Below, piece by piece: positions 47,873 through 56,758 of a stretch of DNA of 64,000 nt; the stretch's first letter is position 1; every line of letters starts with the position of its first letter. Position numbers and translations under genes: made by a program. Location of the stretch: IMG/VR virus record IMGVR_UViG_3300030095_006218; one strand, given 5' to 3'. The notes under the pieces were generated by a model, which worked only from the letters and a program-made list of their open reading frames with translations, did no database searches and was not told the origin of the DNA. The DNA comes from an uncultured virus (IMG/VR IMGVR_UViG_3300030095_006218) (Duplodnaviria; Heunggongvirae; Uroviricota; Caudoviricetes).

Positions 47873-49003
47873 CTACGGCTCTAATTCAAATTCCAATAGT
47901 TCCATTATCTCTCGGTATATGGAATTTAGAGCCTCTTTTTCCTCTGGGGTCGGCCGGAGATTGTACTGAAATGTATCAAGAAAGTTTTTCGCGTGTTTCA
48001 ATCGCGCGCCCGGCATGGTTTCATAGGATCCTCCACCTCCAAGCGCCGATGGCGGTAAGGCGCCACCATGGCCTTCTTCAAGTTCGATAGTTTGTTTCTT
48101 TCCCCACTCGCCCTTAACTTCGCCTTCTCCGAACCCGGGTTTCTTCTTCTCTTCCAAGTCTGAATCTTCTGTGGGAGGTATTTTAAATGCTCGCCTGATT
48201 TGGTCGATGCTTACACCCGCAGCGCCAATTGCAGCTGCAACAGTAAGAGACGGATCGGTAACTATTTTCTTAAACACAGCGGCAAGAAGCTCATAGTTGG
48301 CCGGGTCCGATAATGCTTCTATGCCTTCGTTCATTTGTTGAGGTCTCTCAAACTTTTCAAAAATATAGTCGGATAATACTAAATCAACATCGGCCATTAA
48401 GTTTGATCTTTCCGTACGTTCTAAAGGTGGCATACCAACCTCTTGCTCAACGAAAGCGGCCAAGTCAGGAGTCTCTAATGCTTCTCTAAGCCTATTAATG
48501 CCATCAATACTTGGTGGGTTGCCGGCAACTTTGCTCACCAACTTCTCTAAGGTTTCTAGGAGCACATCAGCGTCGGACCATAATTCGTCTCTTCCGCGCC
48601 TATAATCTACTTCATGAGAAAGGTCGTCACGTAATCCCAAATCCTGCTCAAGCGGATCATTCTCGATATCATTAACAGTAGGTTCTTCATCGCCCATTTC
48701 ATTCAGAACGTCGACAAGCTCATCTATTGCTGAATTGGTGCTTTCTTCGTAACGAAGTGGATCGGTGCCAACTGGCTTAGTGCCTTTAGAGAATGGTGCA
48801 CCAGTACTTAAATTCTTGTGCCCGGATGCCTGCGTCATTACACTGCCTCTTTCGCGGGAGTCCCTATATCTTTTTTGAGCCCTCGACTTAAACGGGGTTT
48901 CTTCCTTTCCTTTTCGTAAGTCAGACTTGTTCTTCCTCTTCTTCTTTGATGCTTCGCTAATTTCTTGCTTAATAATATCTCTAAGTTTTTTAGTGGGGTT
49001 CAT
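47873..49003 (-). CDS. Leader-family modular protein
   Basis: MNPTKKLRDIIKQEISE; several LEE/LNE sites. Confidence 0.65.
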   Translation of the reverse strand: MNPTKKLRDIIKQEISEASKKKRKNKSDLRKGKEETPFKSRAQKRYRDSRERGSVMTQASGHKNLSTGAPFSKGTKPVGTDPLRYEESTNSAIDELVDVLNEMGDEEPTVNDIENDPLEQDLGLRDDLSHEVDYRRGRDELWSDADVLLETLEKLVSKVAGNPPSIDGINRLREALETPDLAAFVEQEVGMPPLERTERSNLMADVDLVLSDYIFEKFERPQQMNEGIEALSDPANYELLAAVFKKIVTDPSLTVAAAIGAAGVSIDQIRRAFKIPPTEDSDLEEKKKPGFGEGEVKGEWGKKQTIELEEGHGGALPPSALGGGGSYETMPGARLKHAKNFLDTFQYNLRPTPEEKEALNSIYREIMELLEFELEP

Positions 49004-49034
49004 AGTATATCTCCAATATAATAAATAGTTTCTT

Positions 49035-50249
49035 CTATGTCAAACGAAAGTTTCCTACATCCGTAATTACCAGATCATTTGTCGACGGGCGCATCATCAC
49101 ATTATCTACATGCACATCCGTTGGGGTAAACTTCTTTTTTGTGACATATTGCATAGCATGCATGACTCCTTGCACCTCTGGATAAATTTCAGAGAATTCT
49201 TGCGCACCGACATTCATACTCTTGAGTTTCTTAGTAATCTCTTCATCCTCCCCCTCTCGCGGTTTGAATTCTTTTGGCTCTGTAGACATTGGTATAACTC
49301 CTGCGACAAATATCCTGTCGATATAAGCTTCTTCTATATGTTGCATAAGTTCAACATACGTGTCCTTACCCATACGACTTCTAGGGCCATCGCCAATAAC
49401 ATATAAAATGTGCACAAAAATAATATCTAAAAGATTGCGTCCACGTTTGTTAAGGCAGTTATGCTGTGATTTAAAACCTCCGCGATACTTGGCAGCTTGC
49501 TCAGTCCAAAATTCATAATTTAATTTTTCATCTGAAAAGGATGACTTACCTCGCGCAAAATGTTCAAACGCATTAAGAGAGATTCTATCAACAGAATTTC
49601 TTTCCTGTGAGTCTTTAGCATTAAATCGTAGTAGTATATTTTTAATTTCAGATTTACTGACAATATGTTTTGTAAGTTTCTGTACGGCTATAGGATCAGC
49701 CATTATTCTAGCTTCTTTGCGTTTTTTACCTTTGCCGGCATCACAAGGTTCCATATCTCTACCACTAGCAAAGAGTTCACGCTTAAGTTCTTTCGGGGGC
49801 TCTGTTAGAGGTTCCATAAATATGAAATAATAATCCTCTCTTTTTAATGTTTTATATACTTTAACAAAGTGTCGCGCAACTTCTTTTGGCCAAGAGTCTC
49901 TATGGTCTTTCAGATGTGTATAATTTCTATAGTCGCGCGCGGAATGTGTTGCGCTTGCAGGTAATACCTTAACCACTGACTCTTGACTAGTCTTGTGGCT
50001 GATGACACGGTAAACATCACTCTCAAGTCCATGCCCGTGCTCTTTACCGAACTTTAGCTGTTTCTTAATTGTAAGATCCATTTCATCAAGAGCGGCCTCA
50101 ATTGGATTCTTCGGACGCTGGGCCGGCATTGTATATGCCAAGTCCGAGTCCTTGCCAATCTTTGGAGTGTCTGCAAATGATTGCATATCAATTGTGTCGC
50201 TAACTTCGGATATGAGAAAGTTTTTCCACTTTTTTGCAAAAGAATTCAT
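49035..50249 (-). CDS. Protein-kinase-like enzyme
   Basis: G.G.ESDVY, VVKV, IFMEPL, DVHVDNVM, VITDVG. Confidence 0.75.
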   Translation of the reverse strand: MNSFAKKWKNFLISEVSDTIDMQSFADTPKIGKDSDLAYTMPAQRPKNPIEAALDEMDLTIKKQLKFGKEHGHGLESDVYRVISHKTSQESVVKVLPASATHSARDYRNYTHLKDHRDSWPKEVARHFVKVYKTLKREDYYFIFMEPLTEPPKELKRELFASGRDMEPCDAGKGKKRKEARIMADPIAVQKLTKHIVSKSEIKNILLRFNAKDSQERNSVDRISLNAFEHFARGKSSFSDEKLNYEFWTEQAAKYRGGFKSQHNCLNKRGRNLLDIIFVHILYVIGDGPRSRMGKDTYVELMQHIEEAYIDRIFVAGVIPMSTEPKEFKPREGEDEEITKKLKSMNVGAQEFSEIYPEVQGVMHAMQYVTKKKFTPTDVHVDNVMMRPSTNDLVITDVGNFRLT

Positions 50250-50320
50250 AAAAATCTCCAATCATAAATAGTTTGATATCAGTTAAGTATACTTATAAAT
50301 AGAACAGTGGAGGTTCAAAT

Positions 50321-50509
50321 ATGTTTTACATTATAACGAGTTCAGTCCTTCTTGTGTTAATGGGTCTAATATGCACGCAGTGGACCTTAGACATCAAGCA
50401 GCAAAGAAAACTAATTCCTCAAAGAATTAAGACGCGGAGAAACCAGTACGCACGTTGTCGCCCGGGTCCTTGCAATTGCCGTTGGTGCAATCCAGCCGGC
50501 CGCCCTTAA
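50321..50509 (+). CDS. Small membrane-anchored Cys-rich protein
   Basis: GGAGG 7 nt before ATG, N-terminal hydrophobic helix, CRPGPCNCRWC; fills an otherwise empty gap. Confidence 0.5.
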   Translation: MFYIITSSVLLVLMGLICTQWTLDIKQQRKLIPQRIKTRRNQYARCRPGPCNCRWCNPAGRP

Positions 50510-50542
50510 AACCGCGAAATTTTTTCCAGAAAATTTTTCAGC

Positions 50543-50848
50543 CTAATGAAAGCCAAGTAAGGTAATCTCTTCCTTTGGTACTAGTATTAATTGCGCAGAA
50601 TTACCGTAGTACACAGGTACTCTATCCCCCAAGGATAGTTTAGTAATGTAGGGCTCGGGAACTCTTGTGAGTTCTCCACCTCGTCGGCATTGTACCATGG
50701 TCTTTTCGCTCGGGCAATAGAACCATCCTATTCCGCTACCAGACAAAACCTCAACAGGCATGGCCTCGGTAAAGTAGTTTTCTTGTTCAAGATAATCTAA
50801 AAGTAATTTATAAGGCTCAGCGCCGTTTGGTTTGTCAGTCATTAACAT
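50543..50848 (-). CDS. Hypothetical protein
   Basis: AGGAGG RBS. Confidence 0.6.
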   Translation of the reverse strand: MLMTDKPNGAEPYKLLLDYLEQENYFTEAMPVEVLSGSGIGWFYCPSEKTMVQCRRGGELTRVPEPYITKLSLGDRVPVYYGNSAQLILVPKEEITLLGFH

Positions 50849-50880
50849 ATCCTCCTATGTGTAACTATAACCTAGGTTAG

Positions 50881-51330
50881 CTAATTGCTGACTTTTTGTA
50901 GCTCTACAATAGAAAACCACTCTTCAGCGCTATCAGCATTTTTACGTACCTTACATTCATACTGCTTAGACTCGACTACAACGCCATACCCGGTAACTGA
51001 CGTCGCCTTATATCTTGGGTTTGACGATGAGTACCGGTACCAGCGTACCTCGTCGCCTACTGAAAATCTTTTCTTCACATCCGCTCCTTTAATTAAGTTA
51101 ACTTGCTGGTGAGTATACCACTTCACATCGTTGAATTCTTGCCTGTGCACTTTATAGTGCATGTACATATCTGTCTCATCGATATTGACCACTACGCCTG
51201 AACCACTCTCCAATATAACTATATCGTCCGATGGTTTTCCATATGGATTATGCCCATAATGATTTGTCGCGCATTCATACCACTCGATTAAATCCCCAAT
51301 TTTTATTTGCGGTTTTTTACTATCGTTCAT
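50881..51330 (-). CDS. Tandem two-domain xxGDxV-family protein
   Basis: IKIGDLIEWY...GVVV and FSVGDEVRWY...GVVV. Confidence 0.65.
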   Translation of the reverse strand: MNDSKKPQIKIGDLIEWYECATNHYGHNPYGKPSDDIVILESGSGVVVNIDETDMYMHYKVHRQEFNDVKWYTHQQVNLIKGADVKKRFSVGDEVRWYRYSSSNPRYKATSVTGYGVVVESKQYECKVRKNADSAEEWFSIVELQKVSN

Positions 51331-51335
51331 ATTAC

Positions 51336-51632
51336 TTAATCGGTTTCCTTTGGGTCATTTACCACTTCTAAGTCTTCTCTGTATTCTAACACTGGTGTAG
51401 TTCCATCATTCCACGCTACTAAATAGATGTGTTTGCTGCTTGTCTTCTTTAATATTAATCCTCTTATCCTCGCCTCATTACTTCTCATCTCTCCACCAAA
51501 CACCCACTGGTTAACCACTCCCGGTTTAAGTTTAACTAGTGTACCCACACGTAATGGCTTAAGCTCTTCTTCTGTTAGCTCTCGCCTTCTTGTTATTCCA
51601 AATATATCATCTAGCGAACCTGATACAGTCAT
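51336..51632 (-). CDS. xxGxLV-family protein
   Basis: LRVGTLVKLK...GLIL...W.DG...DLEVV. Confidence 0.6.
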   Translation of the reverse strand: MTVSGSLDDIFGITRRRELTEEELKPLRVGTLVKLKPGVVNQWVFGGEMRSNEARIRGLILKKTSSKHIYLVAWNDGTTPVLEYREDLEVVNDPKETD

Positions 51633-51749
51633 TCTTAAAATCTCGAAAATTTCTTAGCGATATCACACAGGGATCTAGCGCGCCTCACCATATGGTAGGT
51701 TCTATGGTACTTATCACCGGGGGGGGAGGGGGAGTACCCCCCCACCTGC

Positions 51750-51980
51750 TCATTGTGGACTTTCAAACTGGTCTTTGCTTTTGTGTGATTTAACTGGTTT
51801 AATAATGTTTAATACTACTGCACCTATCACACTCACACCTATCGCTGTCCAGAACGCATAGCCTGTTGCTATACCTACTACTGTATCTACTCTATGCTTT
51901 ATCTTCTCTGCCCTCTCTGATAATGTAGTTTCGCACTGGGTTTTCCTCTGGTAGTGCATTTTCTTTTTGTTGTCCTCCAC
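51750..51980 (-). CDS. Small membrane protein
   Basis: GTG start with GGAGG RBS, one hydrophobic helix. Confidence 0.55.
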   Translation of the reverse strand: MEDNKKKMHYQRKTQCETTLSERAEKIKHRVDTVVGIATGYAFWTAIGVSVIGAVVLNIIKPVKSHKSKDQFESPQ

Positions 51981-52087
51981 GATCTTTCTTCCTCCCTCTT
52001 AATATGTAGGGAGGCACAGCCGCAAAGTACCGTGTGTGAATACTTTGCAGCGTGTGTATTATTTATTATTACCCTCGATGAAACATT

Positions 52088-52295
52088 TGTAACATCGTGA
52101 TGTGACAGTTGTATCAGTCCGTGATACAGGCGGTTACAAGCGGCATAAAGACGACCGCAGACCAAACGACAATAGCCATTTATATCTTCCCTTGGATTAA
52201 TCCATTATTGTAACATTTATGTGACAATATTGTTACAGTGTAACATTTTGTGACATTTAATGTGACAGTGTGTGTTATGTGACAATCACGTGACA
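52088..52295. repeat. Array of palindromic heptamers TGTNACA
   Basis: Perfect copies at 52088, 52101, 52209, 52220, 52231, 52239, 52249, 52261, 52278; CGTGACA at 52289. Confidence 0.85.
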
Positions 52296-52722
52296 AACTG
52301 CCGGTGATGTTGACTATACGGCAATCACGTATATACTACGATCAACCTGCATTATCGCTTACTTCTTATACCTTTCCTATGCTATGTGTGCATACTCATA
52401 CCTTTTACTATCGTTGTTGAAGGATCAAACCCACTTTAACCCTTTTTATTCCACTTTATACCACCATTATCCTTTAGTGGGTTCCTACTGGTAATATACC
52501 TATTGTTTATGTTTATTTCTTTTGTATCCTCGAAAAGAAAGTAGATAGCAGGGTGACATTCTCTTGCTCATGTCAGCTACAGCCCTCGATAATCACCTTA
52601 GTAACAGGCTTTATATACACAGTGCATAATGGGTTTCGTTAGGCGTTGAATCCCGTTTCCTTTATATGCCCTGCTATCTGTATTGTTTATTATTATTTAA
52701 TATGCCCTCGGCATACTCTTGT

Positions 52723-52893
52723 TTACCTCTCCAGTGAGTTACTCATCACTTCTGAAAGGTCTTCAAGTCTTTTTAACTCGCCTCCGATCTCTGTCCCGTC
52801 GCCATACATGGCACACGTATTCAGATCATCAATACGGTTCTCTATGCAATCAAGGATGTCAACGATCTGATCCTCTGTTAGCTGAATATCCAT
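52723..52893 (-). CDS. Small hypothetical protein
   Basis: MDIQLTEDQ. Confidence 0.55.
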   Translation of the reverse strand: MDIQLTEDQIVDILDCIENRIDDLNTCAMYGDGTEIGGELKRLEDLSEVMSNSLER

Positions 52894-52906
52894 TGTCTTT
52901 AGTCCC

Positions 52907-54045
52907 TCACGCATCGATCGCGATCATGCGTTCATTGGTTTGAAAGTAGGGACGCTCGACGTTTGCACGGCTCGCCATCCACATACGCTGACACTTGCTC
53001 GCTACGGGCTTCGGTGCCATTAGGTCGGTCAGGACGATGTGACCGTCAAAAGTACGCTCATTGACATACTTTGTAGGAGCATCGAAACACGTGCCGCCGC
53101 TCAATACACGTTCCCACGTCTTACGCTCGCCCTGTTTCCAGATATATACTTTGTCCTCGGCAACCTGTGTATCGAAGGGGATCACGGTAAACTCCGCAAG
53201 GTCAGATAGCTTGTTCAACTCGGTGAAGAACGCGGCCAACTCTTTATCGGACACCGAACCAGACTGATCAATACTGATAGCGATCTTAGCCTGACGTGTG
53301 ACCTTGCGGCCCTGATGGATGAACGGGTAACGCTTGTTCAGTCGGCGCACGGTTGCACGCTTGTTAGACCGTTGCGAGGTTTTAACAAAGTACCGAAGCA
53401 CCTTGCGCCAGTCGATCTTAGGATGGATCGCATCCATGATCTTCTTTCTACACTCGCTGGAAACTGTACCCCACGATCCTGACTGCGATGCTTCGTCTGC
53501 CGCTTTCTTCATGGCCTCGCGCAACCGTTCCTTAGCAATCTCCTTGACCTCGCTCGGCACCTCGCCCCATCCACTGTGATCGTCCATCGGCTCGCCCCAA
53601 CCGCCACCGCCAGAACCTTCACCCTCGCCGTCACCGCCCTCACCGTCACCGTCGCCCTCGCCCTGTTCAGGCTCGCGCAGGTTCGCCATGTACCACTCAG
53701 CCGACTTGTACGCTGGAAGGTACTCAAAAGGCGCGTGACCGGGCATACAACACCCTTCGGGCAACTCGTTCTGAAGGTGGCTATTGATAGATAGATCAGT
53801 GGCGATATTCCACTTCTTTGACATACCCTCGGAAGGAAGCCGACCAGTCACGTGACCAAAGACAAGATGATAGAACTCATGTTTGAGTACGCCCAACTTC
53901 TGATCGTCGGTCAGCTTGGCAAAGAACTCAGGGTTGTAAATCATCTCAAGCTGTCCAGTGTGCTTGCAGACTTTGACGCCAGCGGTCGAGATCGCCGTGG
54001 TCGGAGCCTTGTTGATCNNNNNNNNNNAGCGGCTGTCTCAGTCAT
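52907..54045 (-). CDS. Metallopeptidase-like + VWA domain protein (spans N gap 54018-54027)
   Basis: HEFYH, WNIATDLSIN, DQSGS MIDAS, GGT.F, LTD; ATG at 54045 with AGGAG RBS. Confidence 0.85.
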
Positions 54046-54073
54046 GCGGGATCTCCTTGATTGATTATACCTA

Positions 54074-54129
54074 AGTATACCATAAATAAATAGCTTTTGT
54101 CAATGGTCAAAGCGGACACAAAATGTCCG
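54074..54129 (-). promoter_or_regulatory. Sigma70 promoter + CGGACA-N5-TGTCCG palindrome
   Basis: TTGACA-N18-TATACT with TGn extended -10; palindrome 54113-54129. Confidence 0.8.
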
Positions 54130-54134
54130 ATTGC

Positions 54135-54443
54135 TTAAAAAGGTTTGTATCCGTTGGCAAAGTCAACCACTTCCTTAGTCACTGCCCACACTTTCGGATG
54201 CCATACGATATTGGCCTTTGAACGTGCGATACCGACGTGCCTCGATGTGGTCATTGAATAAAACTGACCACCTCCTGCTGTCGCATCACGGATAATGCAG
54301 GTTCCACCCATGTTTACACCGATCACTTCATCGTAAGACTTTAGCCGTCCGTTGCTCGATGTGAAAGTGCGGCGATGGTTACGCGCGTCCTCTCCGTTGA
54401 TCCATGCTTTGACTACTTCTCTGTTACATACTGGCGTTGACAT
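54135..54443 (-). CDS. Hypothetical phage protein
   Basis: LKSY...I, YSMTTSRH. Confidence 0.65.
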   Translation of the reverse strand: MSTPVCNREVVKAWINGEDARNHRRTFTSSNGRLKSYDEVIGVNMGGTCIIRDATAGGGQFYSMTTSRHVGIARSKANIVWHPKVWAVTKEVVDFANGYKPF

Positions 54444-54618
54444 AGTTTAACTGCCCTCCATAGGCTTTATATTGTGTTGTGTTGTCTTTGAGAAAGGTTT
54501 AAGGGGTCAGATACGGGGTAAGGGTGTAAGCCGCTCAGAAGGCGGTGAGAGGCAGCGGTCTATTTACATGCGCTTCGGTGACCCATCCGACGCGGACACG
54601 CTGCCCCTCGTTTTTAGC

Positions 54619-55707
54619 CTACTCTGCCGATTCGCCGGTCAGTAGCTCTACAATGTAGCTGCTAACGGATTGACCGTCAGCGGCCTCGGCCTGATGAAGC
54701 GCAACAGTGTTGTCAATGTTACCTTGACCCAACACGGTCCACAGCTTCATGGCAACCTCGGATGGAAGCGTAACAAAATAGTTAGCGAGGTTCTGGACCT
54801 GATCGGCCTCCAGTTGCTCGGCAAAAGATTCCTCGGCCTCCATCTTCTCGATCAACGCACTGTGATCGTTGATAGTAAACTCGGCGGTCAACTCGATCTT
54901 GCCCTCGACCAGAATGTTATCAACCGTGACAAGACGATCATAGTTTTCCACAAAGTCGCGGAGAGACACAGCGGCCTCCATGCCCACAAAGGCACTTGCA
55001 AGGTTGTACAGCACGCCAAGGTCGGCACCCTCGTCGAGTACCCCCGCGCCCTCCGCAGCGCGGTTAAAGCGGTCCCAAGAGCGACGTGAAGGGTATACCT
55101 TGTTAGGCTCATAATCGGTGTTATGCTCAAGGTGGTTGTGGTTCTGGTTAATAAAGTCCCACACAACGCTATTCACGTTGTTCTTGGCCCATCCAAGCCA
55201 GTCCTCAATGGTCGGCTCAATATCGAACACCGACCAGCGATCCAACTCTGCCGGGTCCATTTCACCGACCTGATACTGAGCGCCATGCTCGCCGCCGTTG
55301 ACGGCTGCAACGATGATCGTGTCAGGGTGCAGGCGCTTACCGTAAATCTTACGGCTGTCGGTCAACTCAAAGATACCCTGACGTACCTCGGTAGTCGCGC
55401 GATCAACCTCATCCAAGAACAGGACAACCGGGCTTTCGCATGCCTCAACGAACCAGTCAGGCGCGTTCCACTCGGTGACCTTGTTACCGGCCTCCGTGAC
55501 ACGCGGGGTTGAGTCGGGCATACCGACAAGATCGCCCTCGGTCATCTGCGATGCCCGACGCTCGACGACGGGCAGGGAGAGAGTACGAGCGAGCGCATAC
55601 ACAACCTCGGATTTACCGACACCGTGACGGCCACGAATAAGGATCGGGAACCGTGCGTTGACGATGTGGGGAGCGATAGTTGTGAAAGTTGAAAAGTCGA
55701 TAGCCAT
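54619..55707 (-). CDS. MoxR-type AAA+ ATPase
   Basis: GRHGVGKS Walker A, DLVGMP, LFLDEVDRA Walker B, AVN, MDPAELDR, PSRRSW. Confidence 0.88.
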   Translation of the reverse strand: MAIDFSTFTTIAPHIVNARFPILIRGRHGVGKSEVVYALARTLSLPVVERRASQMTEGDLVGMPDSTPRVTEAGNKVTEWNAPDWFVEACESPVVLFLDEVDRATTEVRQGIFELTDSRKIYGKRLHPDTIIVAAVNGGEHGAQYQVGEMDPAELDRWSVFDIEPTIEDWLGWAKNNVNSVVWDFINQNHNHLEHNTDYEPNKVYPSRRSWDRFNRAAEGAGVLDEGADLGVLYNLASAFVGMEAAVSLRDFVENYDRLVTVDNILVEGKIELTAEFTINDHSALIEKMEAEESFAEQLEADQVQNLANYFVTLPSEVAMKLWTVLGQGNIDNTVALHQAEAADGQSVSSYIVELLTGESAE

Positions 55708-55764
55708 GTGGAAAGTCCTCGGAAGGGGGTGGGTCAGTTGTTGTTTTCTTGATCTTACTCTACG

Positions 55765-55818
55765 ATTATACAGGAAACGAAAAGAAAAGTCAAGCCCGAA
55801 TCGGACAGAATATGTCCG
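55765..55818 (-). promoter_or_regulatory. Sigma70 promoter + CGGACA-N5-TGTCCG palindrome
   Basis: TTGACT-N17-TATAAT; palindrome 55802-55818. Confidence 0.85.
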
Positions 55819-55834
55819 ACTCTATAAATAGTTT

Positions 55835-56656
55835 TTAGTCGTCGGTGAAGCCAAGTTGTCTTTGTGCCTCTGCAATATCTCCGTTGCCGCTCCATGCGTA
55901 ATCGTATGGACGGCCTTCCTTGACCGGAAAGGCAGCTTTAACGTCAAGATCCGCAGCATCTTCCCAACCTTCGGGGAACGTCAGAGACTTGCTACCGGTC
56001 ATAGATACGCGGGTAGGATTATCGCGAACAATATCCTTGATACGCTTGACATTAAGGGCAGAAATCTCACCGCGCGGCCCAAGGTTCCGCGCATCTTTGC
56101 AGATAAGCACTTGTGGATCTTGCGCGTGGGCGTCAATCCGCTCAAGGCGCAGGCCAGTGACGAACCTGAGAGTTTCATGCTGGCCGTAGTCACCGGCAGC
56201 GTTGTAGCCCCAATCACACACGGGTATAAGCGATCCAATACCGCAGCCCAACTCATTCAACTCGCGCTTACGCTCCGCACGTACCCGCTTCGTCAAGTGC
56301 TTATACACTTGAAAGTCCTGTTTTAGTGTTTCGCACACGCGACGGGTATGGCCGCGCTCGCCGCAATAACCGCACTTCACCTTCTTCATGCGTTCAGCTT
56401 TAGCCACCTTGTTCGTAACCTTCTTGCCGGTAGCAAGATCGATCTTGGTGCGCTTGATGTATAGCTGACGCTTTTCTTCGGCGCGTTGGGTATACCATGC
56501 AGCATTGTCTTCGTGACCATCGGTGCGGGCTTGTTCTACTGCCTCTATAGCTGACTCGTATTCGTTTTTGATACGCTCCGCGAGATCGGGGCAGCTACGA
56601 CGATTGTGGCCTCTCTTGTAGCAGTACGAGCAGGTTACGGTTCCAGTCCATGACAT
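55835..56656 (-). CDS. Protein with two CCHC zinc knuckles
   Basis: CSYCYKRGHNRRSC and CGYCGERGHTRRVC. Confidence 0.75.
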   Translation of the reverse strand: MSWTGTVTCSYCYKRGHNRRSCPDLAERIKNEYESAIEAVEQARTDGHEDNAAWYTQRAEEKRQLYIKRTKIDLATGKKVTNKVAKAERMKKVKCGYCGERGHTRRVCETLKQDFQVYKHLTKRVRAERKRELNELGCGIGSLIPVCDWGYNAAGDYGQHETLRFVTGLRLERIDAHAQDPQVLICKDARNLGPRGEISALNVKRIKDIVRDNPTRVSMTGSKSLTFPEGWEDAADLDVKAAFPVKEGRPYDYAWSGNGDIAEAQRQLGFTDD

Positions 56657-56703
56657 ATGATTTTCTCCAGTGGGGTCGGGTTATTTCTTGATCTTACTCT
56701 CTG

Positions 56704-56758
56704 ATTATACAGGAGTTTTAACGATAAGTCAATACCCTAACCGGACACTTTTTGTCCG
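56704..56758 (-). promoter_or_regulatory. Sigma70 promoter + CGGACA-N5-TGTCCG palindrome
   Basis: TTGACT-N17-TATAAT; palindrome 56742-56758. Confidence 0.85.

Noticed and set aside
51899..52165. 88-aa ORF overlapping the TGTNACA region
   Set aside because: No RBS or motif, and it overlaps the better-supported 51750-51980 gene.
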